From: Octopus sinensis
Lineage: Eukaryota
Length of the DNA stretch: 64,000 bases
Assembly (NCBI RefSeq): GCF_006345805.1
Contig: NC_042997.1
Location: forward strand, 157,914,001 to 157,978,000
Direction: 5' to 3'
Shown piece after piece: positions 51,053-64,000 of this stretch (position 1 is the first letter of the stretch; each line of letters begins with the position of its first letter). The notes beneath the pieces were generated by a model. It searched no databases and was not told the DNA's origin. It saw only the letters and a program-made list of their open reading frames with translations. The translations under genes and the position numbers were made by a program.

Positions 51053-51883
51053 TATTCAAATCATAATGTTAAATCAAGACAAGTCCAGAAATAACAATGA
51101 TAAATTTAACGATAAATTACTTAGTATAGTAGAGGCAAATTTATAATAAAATTTGTGAGGCCTCGGAATATTAAATTTGGCCTGACGGCTTCGTCAGGTG
51201 AAGCTTAATGTCCCAGTTTTTAGATGACTTTGTCCGTTACTTTTAGAGCTACGTTACTGAAAATTGACACCAGTATAACGATCAAGAAACATTTCTTCTA
51301 ATGGTTTTTACAACAATATCCGATTGATTTGATTATGTCTTACTGTGTATTTCAAATCGGCATATCCCACAGTGTGTGCTTTTTCTCCTTAATTGATATC
51401 TTTATTGTGTATTTTCATAGTGCTGGCATAAATTCCAGTATATATATTTCATGTTGATAGTATAATTTCGAGTTAGTAGCCATAAATGTTGTCATTATTG
51501 TGGCTATTTTACACAAATTTCAGATTTATAGCTATGCGATAAATTCAGGTTTTCTCTCACACTGTGATTTTTCATCATTTTGTGAGCAGCAGCATCGCTG
51601 GTTACAGATTCCCAGTGAATCAATAACTGGTTCGCTCTGGCTGTAATAGCGTGAGTGACTGAAGAACTGTTTGTGAAATTCGGGTGGGACAAAAATCATC
51701 GGTTTATGATTTTTTTCCTTGCAGATATTTACTTCATTCACTGACATGCAATGACGAAAGACACCCTGGTACCCGTGCATTCTCGCATTCATGCACACCT
51801 TAACGTACACACAAACACATGCACCCATAAAAATAGAAATCTACCCATATATAAATTTATATGTGCATGTGTGTATGTATTTA

Positions 51884-51919
<36 letters not shown>

Positions 51920-52579
51920 AATGAGATAGGGGTTGAAAATTCAACCCACCATGGGATAATATATATCCAATATACTGCCAATATATATATATATATGAGA
52001 GGTATTGATATTTAGAAGACCTGAAGAGTATCGGGTAATGCTAAGTAAGTGCTATGATCAGACCGTAGTTAAACTCTTGGTTCGATAATGATACGAGTGA
52101 GGAGTTTAATGTGGGTCTTGTATTAGCATGCATAGATGTATTATACAAAATGAGATAAAGCAAAGACAGGGATTTTTAGGACATTTATAAGGAAATAGTC
52201 TTACAGCTGTTTCTGGGATATTATGGATATCCCTTCGAGACGTTGTAAGAAGGTTAAATAGAGGAAATATTTGAGTTTGAAGTATTATGAAAGAGGAGAG
52301 GAAATAGAGGGAAATAAGAGAATGGAAGTAGAAATATTATATATAGAGATATTGTAGTTGCAGTCCCATTATTCGAGGAAAATGGTGTATAGAAATGGTA
52401 AAAAAGTTTCCTGCACATGGTATGTAAGTTCTAATACCAGTTCATGTTTACTCATTTCAAAGTATAGAACCGTGGAATCTGTGTTGCTCGATCGAAAGAT
52501 TTATGTGTTGTGAATGAAAATTTGAGAATGTATCGGTAGTATTTGTGGATAGATGGGGGATGAGAGATGTGTATGATCA

Positions 52580-52583
52580 GAAA

Positions 52584-52635
<52 letters not shown>

Positions 52636-52678
52636 ATGTATGTATGTATATATATATATGTATGTATATGTATGTATG

Positions 52679-52711
<33 letters not shown>

Positions 52712-52861
52712 ATAATAATACACACACACACCACACACACACATATATATATATATACATGCTCGAAACGTTAAAGATATTTTCACTTCCCGAGCATTAT
52801 ACAAATACATCTGTTTGATGTCTACACCACCTGTCTTGTCTTTTGTTTTTTTGTGAATTCT

Positions 52862-52927
<66 letters not shown>

Positions 52928-53030
52928 TATATACATATATATGTGTGTGTGTGTGTGTGTGCATGTATGTATATATATATACATATGTACATATATATGT
53001 ATATATATATATATCATCATCATCATCACG
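52580..53030. repeat. (TA)n/(TG)n microsatellites enclosing a partial copy of the 12960-13145 repeat
   Basis: Direct reading. Confidence 0.85.
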
Positions 53031-53976
53031 CGCTCACATACACAGACGAGCTCACACCCGTATAGAAACAAATATACACACATATATTCATAAATATAGA
53101 TATGTTGCATATATGAACACATACACACATACAAGCAATCCATGAACAGTTAATAGCTACGATATATCTAATGTACAACGATAAAATGAAGCCCATAAAC
53201 TCCCAAGATGCAACCGTAAATGACAATTATCCTACACTTCTATGTAGTATATAACATATATTATCAACAGCTGCTTCAGAATGTCATCTAGGAGGCACTT
53301 CCCTTTATGACATGATGCATAAACAATATACAATGCCATTCGCTGAATAGACTGCCCTGGGATAAATATAAACAACACCTTTGTTATTACATGCATACTT
53401 ATCAACAATATGAACATTAGTGGAAAACTCCCTTTAAAACTTCTACCAAGTTCAAAAGTAATAGACCAGATATATTATTTGATTCAGAAAAGGAAAATTC
53501 TATATAGTCGTAAAACCTATGAACCTTGCATGTATGGACGTTTCTTTGAAAATCAGCAAGAAAGAAAATATTCAGGAATAATTGCTTTGAAAGGAACAAC
53601 TCCTGTACCGTGATAAGAAACTAAATTACATCACTATAATTTTTGGCAAACTTGGTTGCGTTCGTCAATGTCTAAGTGATAATCTGGAAAGACTAGGATT
53701 TTCGGACAAAGAAAAACCGGTTAAAAACACGTTAAAATAAAATCTCAAAGTGGAAGAGTAATAGAATGTAGGAATTTTATTAAGTTTAATATATAACAAC
53801 GTTGTTATCAAAATTCTGGAATGATTTCTTAAAATTACAAAATGAAGGAATATAAACACGAACACGCGCGCAGGCAGTATGTTATTGTATCCATCCATCC
53901 ATCCATCCATCCATTCACACATACATACATATGTATGTATATCATTGTTCAGTTTTATTTCAAGATTTATTGCCAA

Positions 53977-54370
53977 TTAAGGCGGCGAGCTGACAGAAAC
54001 GTTAGCACGCCGGGCGAAATGCTTAGCAGTATTTCGTCTTCAAATTCTGTTCTGAGTTCAAATTCCGCCGAGGTCGACTTTGCCTTTCATCCTTTCGGGG
54101 TCGATTAAATAAGTACCAGTTACGCACTGGGGTCGATATAATCGACTTAATCCGTGTGTCTGTCCTTGTTTGTCCTCTCTGTGTTTAGCCCCTTGTGAGT
54201 AGTAAAGAAATATGTAGTTCATCTGTTTTTATCTTCAAATTCCGCCGAGGTCGACTTAGCTTTTCATCCTTTCGGGGTCGATAAATTAAGTACCATTTGC
54301 GTGCTGGGATCGATCTAATCGACTGGTCCCTCCCCAAAAGTTTCGGGCCTTTTGCTTAGAGTAGAAAAAA
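53977..54370 (+). mobile_element. Family A SINE, full copy plus second headless core
   Basis: Full copy at 53977-54210; second TTCAAATTCCGCCGAGGTCGAC...AAGTACC core at 54233-54370. Confidence 0.9.
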
Positions 54371-54829
54371 TTTCTTGCCAATAGAGGAAGATCCGATTTC
54401 TAAACTAGATCCACAGCTCCGTCATTGGAATTTCAACATCAAGGTACTTTGTTGTATGTATGTATGTATGTATGTATGTATGTATGTATGTATGTATGTA
54501 TGTATGTATGTATTTATTTTATTTATTTTTATTATATCTAGTTTCAGCTCACGAGCTGTGGCCATGCTGGGGCACCGCCATTTGGTGTTGCTACATGATT
54601 TTACTTCACGAATGCTTTTTAGCAATTGCCATTTGGTGCATGAGAGAGTTCGATGCAGTTGCCTTCATCTGTACCTCCTCCCGTGAAGTTGGTTCATCTG
54701 GGACACCTGACAGGTAGAGATCCAGTTGTATGTATGTATGTATGTATGTATGTATGTATGTATGTATGTATGTATGTATGTATGTATGTATGTATGTTTT
54801 GTTTTATGCATGTATTCTTTTGCATAGAG

Positions 54830-55445
54830 TTGCATATTTAGACATGCTCATATATACTTAAATGATAAATTTCTGGAAAATTTTGCAGGTTTTTACAGTT
54901 CCAGTGGTGGATTAGACGTGCAGCCTTCGAATTAGCTTTCTTCTTTCAGGTTTTGAGAAGCCTAATTTCTCATGAATAGTATTTAGGTAGTGTGTCACAT
55001 ATCCCAGTGCTCTAATAATTACAAGTATAATCCTAACTCTGGATAGAGTAATTATAGAGTTCTCAGTAGTAGAACATAGTTACTCTCTTTTTCACTAATC
55101 TTCAGCTAATATCCGTTGGGCAGCTAATTTCCACGACTGCGCACAGTTTCTCTTCTCCATCCCAAATTATTATACCAGGTCTGCTGTGCTTACCTTCTAT
55201 TCAGGTTTTCACAGGGATATTCCACCATATTCCTTTTTATTGTGAGTTGGTATGGCTTCTACCATACTGTGGGTTCTTATTTCTTTGTTGCCCGGGATCA
55301 TCCTTCCAATGGATTTCATTATAGAGTGGCCTAGCTACAACATCATGTCTCATAGATAATACCGTAATGACATTTTCGGACAACTGCTTATGTTGTGGGC
55401 GATAGCTTCAGTGTGAACTCCACAAAGTCTGCATCGGTTGTCACA
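54830..55445 (-). mobile_element. R4/Dong-clade LINE 3' fragment (CCHC knuckle + RLE)
   Basis: Minus strand CDNRCRLCGVHTEAIAHNISSCPKMSLRYYL (CX2CX8HX4C), followed by sequence matching the 3' ends at 34100-34330 and 61200-61330. Confidence 0.8.
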
Positions 55446-55469
55446 TTTTACTGCTTTGCCTGCATCTCT

Positions 55470-55510
55470 GTATGTATGTATGTATGTATGTATGTATGTA
55501 TGTATGTATG

Positions 55511-55544
<34 letters not shown>

Positions 55545-55558
55545 TGTATGTATGTATG

Positions 55559-55589
<31 letters not shown>

Positions 55590-55730
55590 TGTATGTATGT
55601 ATGTGTATGTATGTATGTATGTATGTATGTATGTATGTAGGTAGGTAGGTAGGTATGTATGCATATATATGTATATATGTATATGTATATATGTATATGT
55701 ATATATATAATATATATATACATGTTTATC
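55470..55730. repeat. (TATG)n/(TAGG)n microsatellite
   Basis: Direct reading. Confidence 0.95.
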
Positions 55731-55943
55731 TTTACACGTGCACATAGACTCACGAATCATTGAATAAAAGTACAATTTGTATGCGAGCAGCAATGATTTT
55801 CCTGCTCAATTTTTGTGTTATCAAATGATGTTTACCTCTCGTTGGATGGAGTACTCTTTTTTGTTGAGATTACAAATAACGAACCGTGCAATATTTTATA
55901 TATATGTATATGTGCATAAATATATATATATATATATATATAT

Positions 55944-55997
<54 letters not shown>

Positions 55998-56369
55998 CTC
56001 TTAACATACTTTATAACGTCTCAGGCCAATGGTTTTACATTACGTGCGTCTGTATATATATATATCTATATATGTGTGTGTGTGTGTGTGTGTTTATATA
56101 CATATTTGTATGCACGCATGCATAATTTTTTACGTTTTGAAAAGGTATATACTTATTAAAAAGATACACGGTATGTATGTATGTATGTGTGTATGTATGT
56201 ATGTATGTATGAATGTATGTTGCTATGTACGTACATATGTATATATAGTGAAAATATGTAGAAAACGTACAAAAAGGGGAAGAGAAATGCTTTCATTTCA
56301 CTTAGTTCTAATATCTTTTTTTTTAAATCTATATATACATATTTTATGGATGGTAAATGTCTTATAAAA

Positions 56370-57400
56370 TGTAGTGAAATCCAACCGGTTTTCGCTATTC
56401 ATATTAGCTTTTCAAGGGACATTGTGAAGTAATCATTGCTTAAGACAAAGGAATCACGCCAGCATTATTGAATAGTGGTAAATAAATTTGATTTTGAATT
56501 AGGAATAAGAATCAGGTGGTCAAATTTGTATATTAAGATGTGGTTTGTACTTTTGTATGAACAGGTTTTCCTTGTTTAGGCCTTCTTGTAAGGAGATTGC
56601 ATCTTTACATTGGTATAATGGAAAAATATGGAAATTCGGTGTTTTATTTTGTGCACATCTGTCAATATGTTTGCTCAGAGCTATCTGCCTGTATTGAGGA
56701 AAACGAATCTTTTCTTTATGCAGCGTAACTCTGCGTCTCAAAGTAAGGCTCGTTTGGCCCACATAATTCTGACCACAACCCGAGCAGCTTAGGACATAAA
56801 TTAGATTCTGAGAGGCACATGTGAAGTCGGTCTTAATTGAAAATTTTTCTCCTTGCTGGAATGTGAATTCCAAGCCTTCAGTTAAGTATGGGCAATTACC
56901 ATAATTAGGTTGTCCACATCTTTAACTGTTGGTGTCGTATGTGTTGAGTACAGTTTTGCATTTGTTAGGAGTCTCTTAAGTGATTTGTGTTGTCTTTTGC
57001 ATTTGAGGATTTATGTGTATTTAGAATTTTGTTCAATTTCGGGTCTTGAGTGAGCAGAGGGAGATTTTGTGCAATTGTGTTGTATGCTTCATTCTTTTGG
57101 GGGTTGTGTGTTGATATGTATGGGAGTGATTTAAAGTGAGCTATAGTGTTTTGTTTTGTTGTCCTTAGTGCGATTGTGTCCAATTTTTTGGCACGTTTAA
57201 GTCCATGGTCTATAAGTGCGGGTGAGAATTGAGTGTTATTTTGAGGTCTTGTAGGCGAAGTTCCCGAGTAATTGTATCAGATACAATTGTACAGATCCTT
57301 TTTGCTAGACTGAATGGGATATTTATTTCGGTGTGTTTAGGATGGCTTCTTTCAATTTCCGTCATCCAAATCCATTCATGAGGCTATAGTAGAATTCACT
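56370..57400 (-). mobile_element. Penelope-like retroelement 3' part (RT thumb, linker, GIY-YIG, 3' terminal repeat)
   Basis: ORF 56520..56873: FTCASQNLIYVLSCSGCGQNYVGQTSLTLRRRVTLH...KENLFIQKYKPHLN (GIY-YIG). Upstream: LPYISTHNP and HPKHTEINIPFSLAKRICTIVSD. Confidence 0.92.
56376..56423 (-). ncRNA. Minimal hammerhead-like motif, U3-A8 variant, in the Penelope 3' repeat
   Basis: Minus strand: AATGTCCC-TTGAAAA-GCTA-atatgaa-TAGC-GAAA-ACCGGT-T-GGATTTC. Located about 100 nt downstream of the GIY-YIG stop on the same strand. Confidence 0.5.
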
Positions 57401-57502
57401 TGACATGTAACCATGTGGTTAGGTAGTAAACTCTTACCCCACAACCAGCCTACACCACTTATTGTGTGTGCGTGTGTGCGCGCGCGTGTATAAATATATA
57501 TA

Positions 57503-58857
57503 CAGGGTAGTCCAAAAGTAGGTTTATAGTTATCACGTAGGCACTAAATTTCTTTTTAAACTTTTTATTACATTTAAATTTCTATCTTATAATCATATTG
57601 TTTATGTACATCTTAAACAGACAATGTTTAATCTCTCAGATTCTCAAAATGTCCTCCTTCAACATTGCAACATTCTTCAAACCCTTTGGAATACTCTGAC
57701 ACAAAGTGCAACTCAAATTCCGATCTCCATCAATTTCAGTGAATAGGTCAGAAATGTAATCTTTTAATTCATTTACTGTTTTGGGATTCTTCTTATGAAC
57801 CTTGATCTTTACAACACCCCCAGAATAGAAATCCATTGATATCACGTCAAGCGAATGTGGTGGCCATTCGATGCTGCCCCGTCTTCCAAACCAACGTTGT
57901 TGAAAGGCTTGGTTAACGCATAACGTGGAGGTGCTCTATCTTGCTAAAAGAACTGTTCATCAAAGTTAGCTTTGTTTATGAGTTGTGGCACTACCACGTC
58001 ACGAAGCATTTCCAAGTAGTTCTCTCTATTTACAGTTCTATCATAGAAAACGGGTTCGATAACACTTTCGATTGAGAGTGCACCTCAGTCTGAAACGCCA
58101 GACCGGTTCAGCTGAGATTCTGTGGTCAAATGGAGATTTTCATCAGCCCAGTACACACAGTTGTGCCTGTTTACATGACTGGATAATCTGAAGCAAGCCG
58201 CATCTGACTAGATGATCTCATCCAGATAGTCTCGTTGCTCATTAGCATTTTGGTCACGCATCTTTTCGCAGAATTGCAGCCGGCGATCTGGGTCGTCCTC
58301 CAAAAGACCATGTACCAGTCGCGGACGGAAAGGTTTTAGTTTCAACATATACATTAGGCGTTGCAATGATGTTCTTGGTATGGATAGTTCTAGAGAAGCA
58401 CGTCGTGTGGACTCCTTTGGGCTGTTCAAAAATGTCATAGCCACTAAGATCGCATTTTTTTCATCCACAGAAATCTTAGGGCATCCAGATTTTGGTGTAT
58501 TACTCACTGAACCTGTTGTATCAAAATTTATTTTTTATTCGATAAATTGTCTTGCGTGAAGGTGGAGGAGTGTGAAAGGCTTCTTGCTATGCCATGCGCA
58601 CCGGCTCGGCATTTTCAGACTTCCAATACTGCTTTAGTATCCACTTTCTCTGTTCTTGATTTAAATTGTTTGCCATGGGACACACTTTAAGCACCTGTAA
58701 AAAAAAAATTACAAATTGAAAAGTGAGCTTGACAAAATTAGCTAAATTAGCATAGAATAATGGTTTCATATATTTTTATAATTAAGATCTAAACTGTTAA
58801 TATATGAATACGAAAGAGATAGTTAAATAACCGTAAGCCTACTTTTGGGCCACCCTG
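57503..58857 (-). mobile_element. Tc1/mariner-superfamily (maT/DD37D-like) transposon, full length, transposase pseudogene
   Basis: TIRs CAGGGT(A/G)G(T/C)CCAAAAGTAGG(T/C)TTA(T/C)(A/G)GTTAT and TA TSDs (57501-57502, 58858-58859). ORF pieces MANNLNQEQRKWILKQYWKSENAE, SPKESTRRASLELSIPRTSL...LLEDDPDRRLQFCE, I*SD, HVNRHNCVYWADEN, QDRAPP. Confidence 0.92.
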
Positions 58858-58859
58858 TA

Positions 58860-58951
<92 letters not shown>

Positions 58952-59949
58952 TAAAGAGAGGGGAAGAGTGAGATAAAAAGTAAAAGAAAGAGATGGAGAA
59001 AAAAAATAGCACGCAGTCCCTGTCAACTAGTTACGCTCTCAAAAGTAATTAACCATGTTGTGGTATCGAAAATGGAACATTGTGGCTGTGTTAGGAACTT
59101 TCCTACTCAACCATATGTGCCGAGAAAAATACGGTATCGTTAATGATGCCCAACTTGTTTCGACCAGCTACTTTTTAGAACTACATTTACTTCAGTCTGT
59201 CTTATCCATGTTCCGTTCAAGTGAGCTTAAAAGAGCTTTCTTCCAATACATTTTTAAACATAGAGGGAGTGTTTGTCTGTTAATTGCTTGGGCACTCATA
59301 CTTCGTCGTAGTTTTCCAGTTAAATATTTTATTCCATTTGTATTTATTATGCAAACGCTCCATTGAGGTAATTTTCCTCAGCCATATTGTTTATATTAAT
59401 GAAAGCTTCTTACGATACTTGAAGAATTCATAATCTATATGGTGCACTGTTAAACTCAGCGGCTTAGGTACCAAAAAGTATTGATTTGTTTAAAATGGCA
59501 TCTAAGCCGCGTTAATTGAAATATATGGCTACAACACTAACTGTAGGTTACCATTATCTTATAAATCTCTATATGCAAAGAAAATTCAATATTTGTTGTT
59601 TATGTTATCTGAAACTAGAACAGATAGCAAAAGATAATTATTTTGCAGTTAACCCGAGATAATAGAATTGTTTGGAAATTTCTTATTCATATAAACATAG
59701 ATTTTCTCTCTCCTCGTATCTTGGAGTATATAATATGTGCATAGATTCAAAACAAACACACATATCTATCAACTTTAATAAACACTTCTTTCTTATTTTT
59801 GTTTGTTTACTTATTTCTTTAGATAGTGTATTTGTGATATATTTTAAACAACCTATGAAACTATTTCATATACGCTTATAGGAGAAATATGGAAAGGTGT
59901 GTATGCGTGTGTATGTATGTATACATATATGGCGAAATGTTTTATATGT

Positions 59950-60118
59950 ACATGCATATATACATGCAAGCATGTATCTATATAAATATGATATACGTAT
60001 ATACATACATGCAAACATAATTATGTATGTATATAAATATATATATACACACACAAATATATACATATATATATATATATAGACATTCACACATATAGAT
60101 ATACATACATATATACAT

Positions 60119-60149
<31 letters not shown>

Positions 60150-60157
60150 CTCATACA

Positions 60158-60191
<34 letters not shown>

Positions 60192-60320
60192 TGCATATAT
60201 ATACATACACATACATACGCACATATATACATACATATACTTATATATACATACACACACACATATATACACAAACATACATATATATATACCCGCACTC
60301 ACACATATATACACACACAA
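59950..60320. repeat. Degenerate (TA)n/(CA)n microsatellite
   Basis: Direct reading. Confidence 0.9.
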
Positions 60321-60379
60321 CCCTAAACTCAACATATTTTCACGGAAGCGTACAATATACCAAATAATACATACATACA

Positions 60380-61050
60380 TCACATTTTGAAGGCTATGCG
60401 TTTGCAATCCTGGAGCAGGAGAATGCCACAAAGTGCCTGGTCAACAAGAGAGACAGTGACGCTCTTGTAATCCCAAGGTGCAACTGCGTGAATAGGATAT
60501 GTCATGTTTCTGCGGAAGACATCACACATGTGATTAGTAGCTGTTCTAAAATGTCGTCAAGGTACTACTTCTCTATGCGGCACGATGCTGTCGCTTAAAC
60601 AATTTACAATGCCATCCACAAAAATGACTGTCCAGAAACAATCCTATGAAATACATTCATAAAAACTAACTCAAGTAATACTGGTGGAATATTCCCATCA
60701 AAACTTGTCACATGTAAACATAACAGGCTGGATATTGTCGTTTGGGACAGAGGGGCAAAGGTATGTACCATCATAGAGGTCAGCTGTCTTGCAGATATAA
60801 ATATCTCTTTGGACAACTGCTTCGAAACCTGCAGCTCCTATATCCAGACTATGAATTCATATTCATATCAATAACAAGTGGGGCACTAGGTTTTGTTAGT
60901 GAAAGCTTAAAGGAGAATCTGGATAAAATGGGATTTTCAGAAAGAGAAATCGACCGGCTAATTCGTACCTTAAAAGAAAAGATCAATCTGTGAGTCGAAC
61001 AGTAAAAATATGCAAGTCTTTTCTCAAGTTCAAATGTGAATTTGTCTGTG
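60380..61050 (+). mobile_element. R4/Dong-clade LINE 3' fragment (CCHC + RLE)
   Basis: CRICHVSAEDITHVISSCSKMSSRYY...RHDAVA; KHNRLDIVVWDR...IIEVSC; FGQLLRNLQLLYPDYEFIFISITSGALGFV. Confidence 0.85.
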
Positions 61051-61164
61051 TTAACAACATCCCAAAGGTGGAGACTTGTATCCTTGTTGGAAATCGGCTC
61101 TCTCCTGAGTGGAAGATTTATAATAATTAAAAAAATAGAAGAGACATATATACATGCATATATA

Positions 61165-61330
61165 CATATGTACCGTTTTAGACCTGTAATTGCTGGGGCA
61201 CTGGGATACGTAATATAATGCCTAAGTACCAATCTTGAGAAGCTAGGTTTCTCAAAACCTGATAGGTGAAAGCTATCTCGAAGACTAAAATCTGTAAAAC
61301 TTTCCAGAAGTTTATCATTTAAATATATAT
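61165..61330 (+). mobile_element. Second R4/Dong 3'-terminal fragment
   Basis: YRFRPVIAGALGYV...NLEKLGFS; matches the reverse complement of 54840-54970. Confidence 0.7.
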
Positions 61331-61484
61331 GAGCACGTCTAGATATGCAATACATACGTGAAAATATATACATAAAGCAAAACGTACAAATCTGCACGTA
61401 TACATACATATATACTTAGATACATGCATACATACATGCATACATACATACATACATACATACATACATACATACATACAAGCA

Positions 61485-61580
61485 CAGGAGTGGCTGTGTG
61501 GTAAGTAGCTTGCCTACCAACCATGTGGTTCCGGGTACAGTCGCACTACGTGGCACCTTAGGCAAGTGTCTTGTACTATA
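61485..61580 (+). mobile_element. Family C SINE, 5' part
   Basis: GGAGTGGCTGTGTGGTAAGTAGCTTGC..ACCAACCA.GTGGTTCCGGGT..GTGGCACCTTAGGCAAGTGTCTT. Confidence 0.8.
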
Positions 61581-61625
61581 TATATATATATATAGCATAT
61601 ATATATATGAGCATATTTACAAGCA

Positions 61626-61690
<65 letters not shown>

Positions 61691-61745
61691 ATTATATATA
61701 TATAATATATATATATTCATATATATTATATATATATATATATAA

Positions 61746-61806
<61 letters not shown>

Positions 61807-62440
61807 TGTGTGTATATACAAAATACAATGTTATTATCAGTTCGAATATGCTTGATGCACATTCGAACTGGGGAAAAAGCTGATCACTGCGCTTTGTCAC
61901 TGAGAAAATATATATTCGAACGTGCATCGAGCATATCGAATTGATAATAACACCGAAATTTCACTTAACACTTCTCAGCGCAGTGATAAATAGTACATGC
62001 TATAATAGTTATAGCATAAATAATAAAAACGTATATTTTGTACCTATGCATATTTGCATTGGCGTATGAGTGTATATTTATATACCAGACTGAATATATG
62101 TCATGGAACTAGAATATCAATCCCATTTGGATGAACTCTCAAGTTATCCTAAAATTTTTGCTACCTTAAGTTAGATAGGTGTATGGAACTACTGTTTGGG
62201 TGTGTGTTGTACTAATGTTGCTGGAATGAGTTATCGGTTAGTTTGCGGAAGGCTGTGTATAATAATATAATAGCACCGAGCAAACTGTTAAATATGATTT
62301 ATAGTCGCCGCTGAAGTCAAATGAAGTTAGTCATGTATTACAAATTTACACATAGGGCCAGCATGATGAAAGAAACGTAAAGTAGCATGCAAATAACCGG
62401 ATATCAAAATTTACCACAGGGGCTGGATTAAACACAAGAA

Positions 62441-62569
62441 ATATATATGGTCTGGATTTTAGCTGTTCCTTCTAGCGTGCAAGGAATCCTATGACGGATA
62501 GCTCTTATGTGTTTAAATGTGAACTGTATTTATATGAATCGCACACACACACACACATTTATATTATTA

Positions 62570-62637
<68 letters not shown>

Positions 62638-63055
62638 GGAAAGATTAATTCCAGTGCCGCAGAATGAAACATTCAGATTAAAAATGTTAAATTGAATTGC
62701 CCTCAATAATTAATTCATATACATCAAAATATTGTTAGGGATAGATACGTACACAACTTCATCAACTCCAAAAGTTATTATACTCAACCAAGCCATATAA
62801 TGTTAAATAATATACTTACTATTTATATTCATAATCCCCAAATTTCAATATTACGGACTACACATGTTTCATGAGGGTACTTATGGTATTGTTAAGACAC
62901 AAAGCCTCATTCAAAGTTTCTGAATATAAATAGTAAGTATATTATTTAACATTTTATGGCTTGGTTGAGCCAATATCGTTTGGAGTTGATGAAGTTGTGG
63001 GTGTTTCTATCGCTAACAATATTTATATATATATATAATATATATATATATATAT

Positions 63056-63098
<43 letters not shown>

Positions 63099-63269
63099 CA
63101 TATACATATATATATACACATATATATATGTGTATATATATGTGTGTGTATATACATATATATATATGTATATATGATTCATATAAATACATTTAAACAC
63201 ATAAGAGGTATCCGTCATAGGATTCCTTGCACGCTAGAAGGAACAGCTAAAATCCAAACCACATATATA
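62441..63269. repeat. Nested inverted repeats (outer about 95 bp, inner about 105 bp) interrupted by microsatellites
   Basis: 62441-62540 pairs with 63176-63269; 62727-62831 pairs with 62921-63024. Confidence 0.9.
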
Positions 63270-63678
63270 GTCTATTGATATTTTTTTACACGCTAGGTCA
63301 CTGGTAGTAAAAAAAAATTTCTAAAATTTTTTATTACCCTGATATTTATTAAATATATATGTGCATATAGATGTGTGATCAACATATTTTCCTCATATAT
63401 CAGGTAATTACATCTGCATTATTATGGATATATTCATCTTCTCTGTGAATAAAATCTTTCCTCATATCTCCGGAAATTACACCTGCATTATTATGGATGG
63501 ATTTACCTTCTCTGAGAACCTAACAATCTTTTAAAAAACCTTTTATAAAAATGTGCATCATTAGAAAACATTTTAAGTCTGTCTACAATCTAACTTTGAA
63601 TTTCATAGAACTCTCTTCGATACTCAATCCCTAGGATGTTTGGAAAACTCATATGTGTTTTGGCTGATGAATACGGGA

Positions 63679-63830
63679 CAGAGTGGCTGTGTGGTTAGTA
63701 GCTTGCTTACCAATCGGGTTCATTCCCACTGCATGGCACCTTGGCAAGCGTCTTCTACTATAGCCTCGGGCCGACCAAAGCCTTGTGAGTGGATTTTATA
63801 GACGGAAACTGAAAGAAGCCTGTCGTATAT
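63679..63830 (+). mobile_element. Family C SINE, near full length
   Basis: GAGTGGCTGTGTGG..GGCACCTTGGCAAGCGTCTTCTACTATAGCCTCGGGCCGACCAAAGCC..GAAACTGAAAGAAGCC. Confidence 0.88.
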
Positions 63831-64000
63831 GTATATATATATATATATATATATAATACGATTGCTATAAAAGAAAAGTTTCCAAATTATGGTTGGTAGG
63901 GATATAGAATTTAAGTGGGTATCATAGTTGCATGTATCGGTTATTAATGCTGGCTAACCTCCGTGAGTGTACATAAATCTCCAGTTAGTTTGATTTACTA

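Noticed and set aside
59055-59366. 103-aa ATG-initiated ORF in non-repetitive DNA
   Set aside because: No recognisable motif, and the length is compatible with chance in a 64-kb window.
62832-62920. Possible hammerhead remnant (GAGG...CCTC-AT-GAAACATGT) in the loop of the nested inverted repeat
   Set aside because: The core CUGANGA cannot be assigned and a 2-nt insertion separates helix II from GAAA; too degenerate.

Overview
AT-rich animal genomic DNA, most likely an octopus (cephalopod). This is inferred from the very dense (TA)n/(CA)n/(TACA)n microsatellites and several recurrent tRNA-derived SINE families that I recognise from octopus genomes. I found no intact host protein-coding gene; the window looks like intergenic DNA or one large intron. 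Almost all long ORFs in the track are microsatellite artefacts or decayed transposon ORFs. Identifiable content: Penelope-like retroelements (RT + GIY-YIG), R4/Dong-, CR1- and RTE-type LINE fragments, Tc1/mariner and pogo/Tigger elements, a Merlin-type MITE, a hAT-type MITE, non-autonomous Helitrons and many SINEs. The most interesting signals are at the RNA-structure level: (i) a 154-nt hairpin at 41189-41342 with 60 pairs, 9 G.U wobbles and no A.C mismatches on the + strand, suggesting a structured RNA; (ii) several minimal hammerhead-ribozyme motifs in Penelope-type or retrozyme-like repeats that show three different 3-8 core pairs (C-G, G-C, U-A); (iii) about six large fold-back structures; (iv) a few isolated, well-formed splice signals that may mark micro-exons. 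All calls were made by eye, with no database searches or folding runs.
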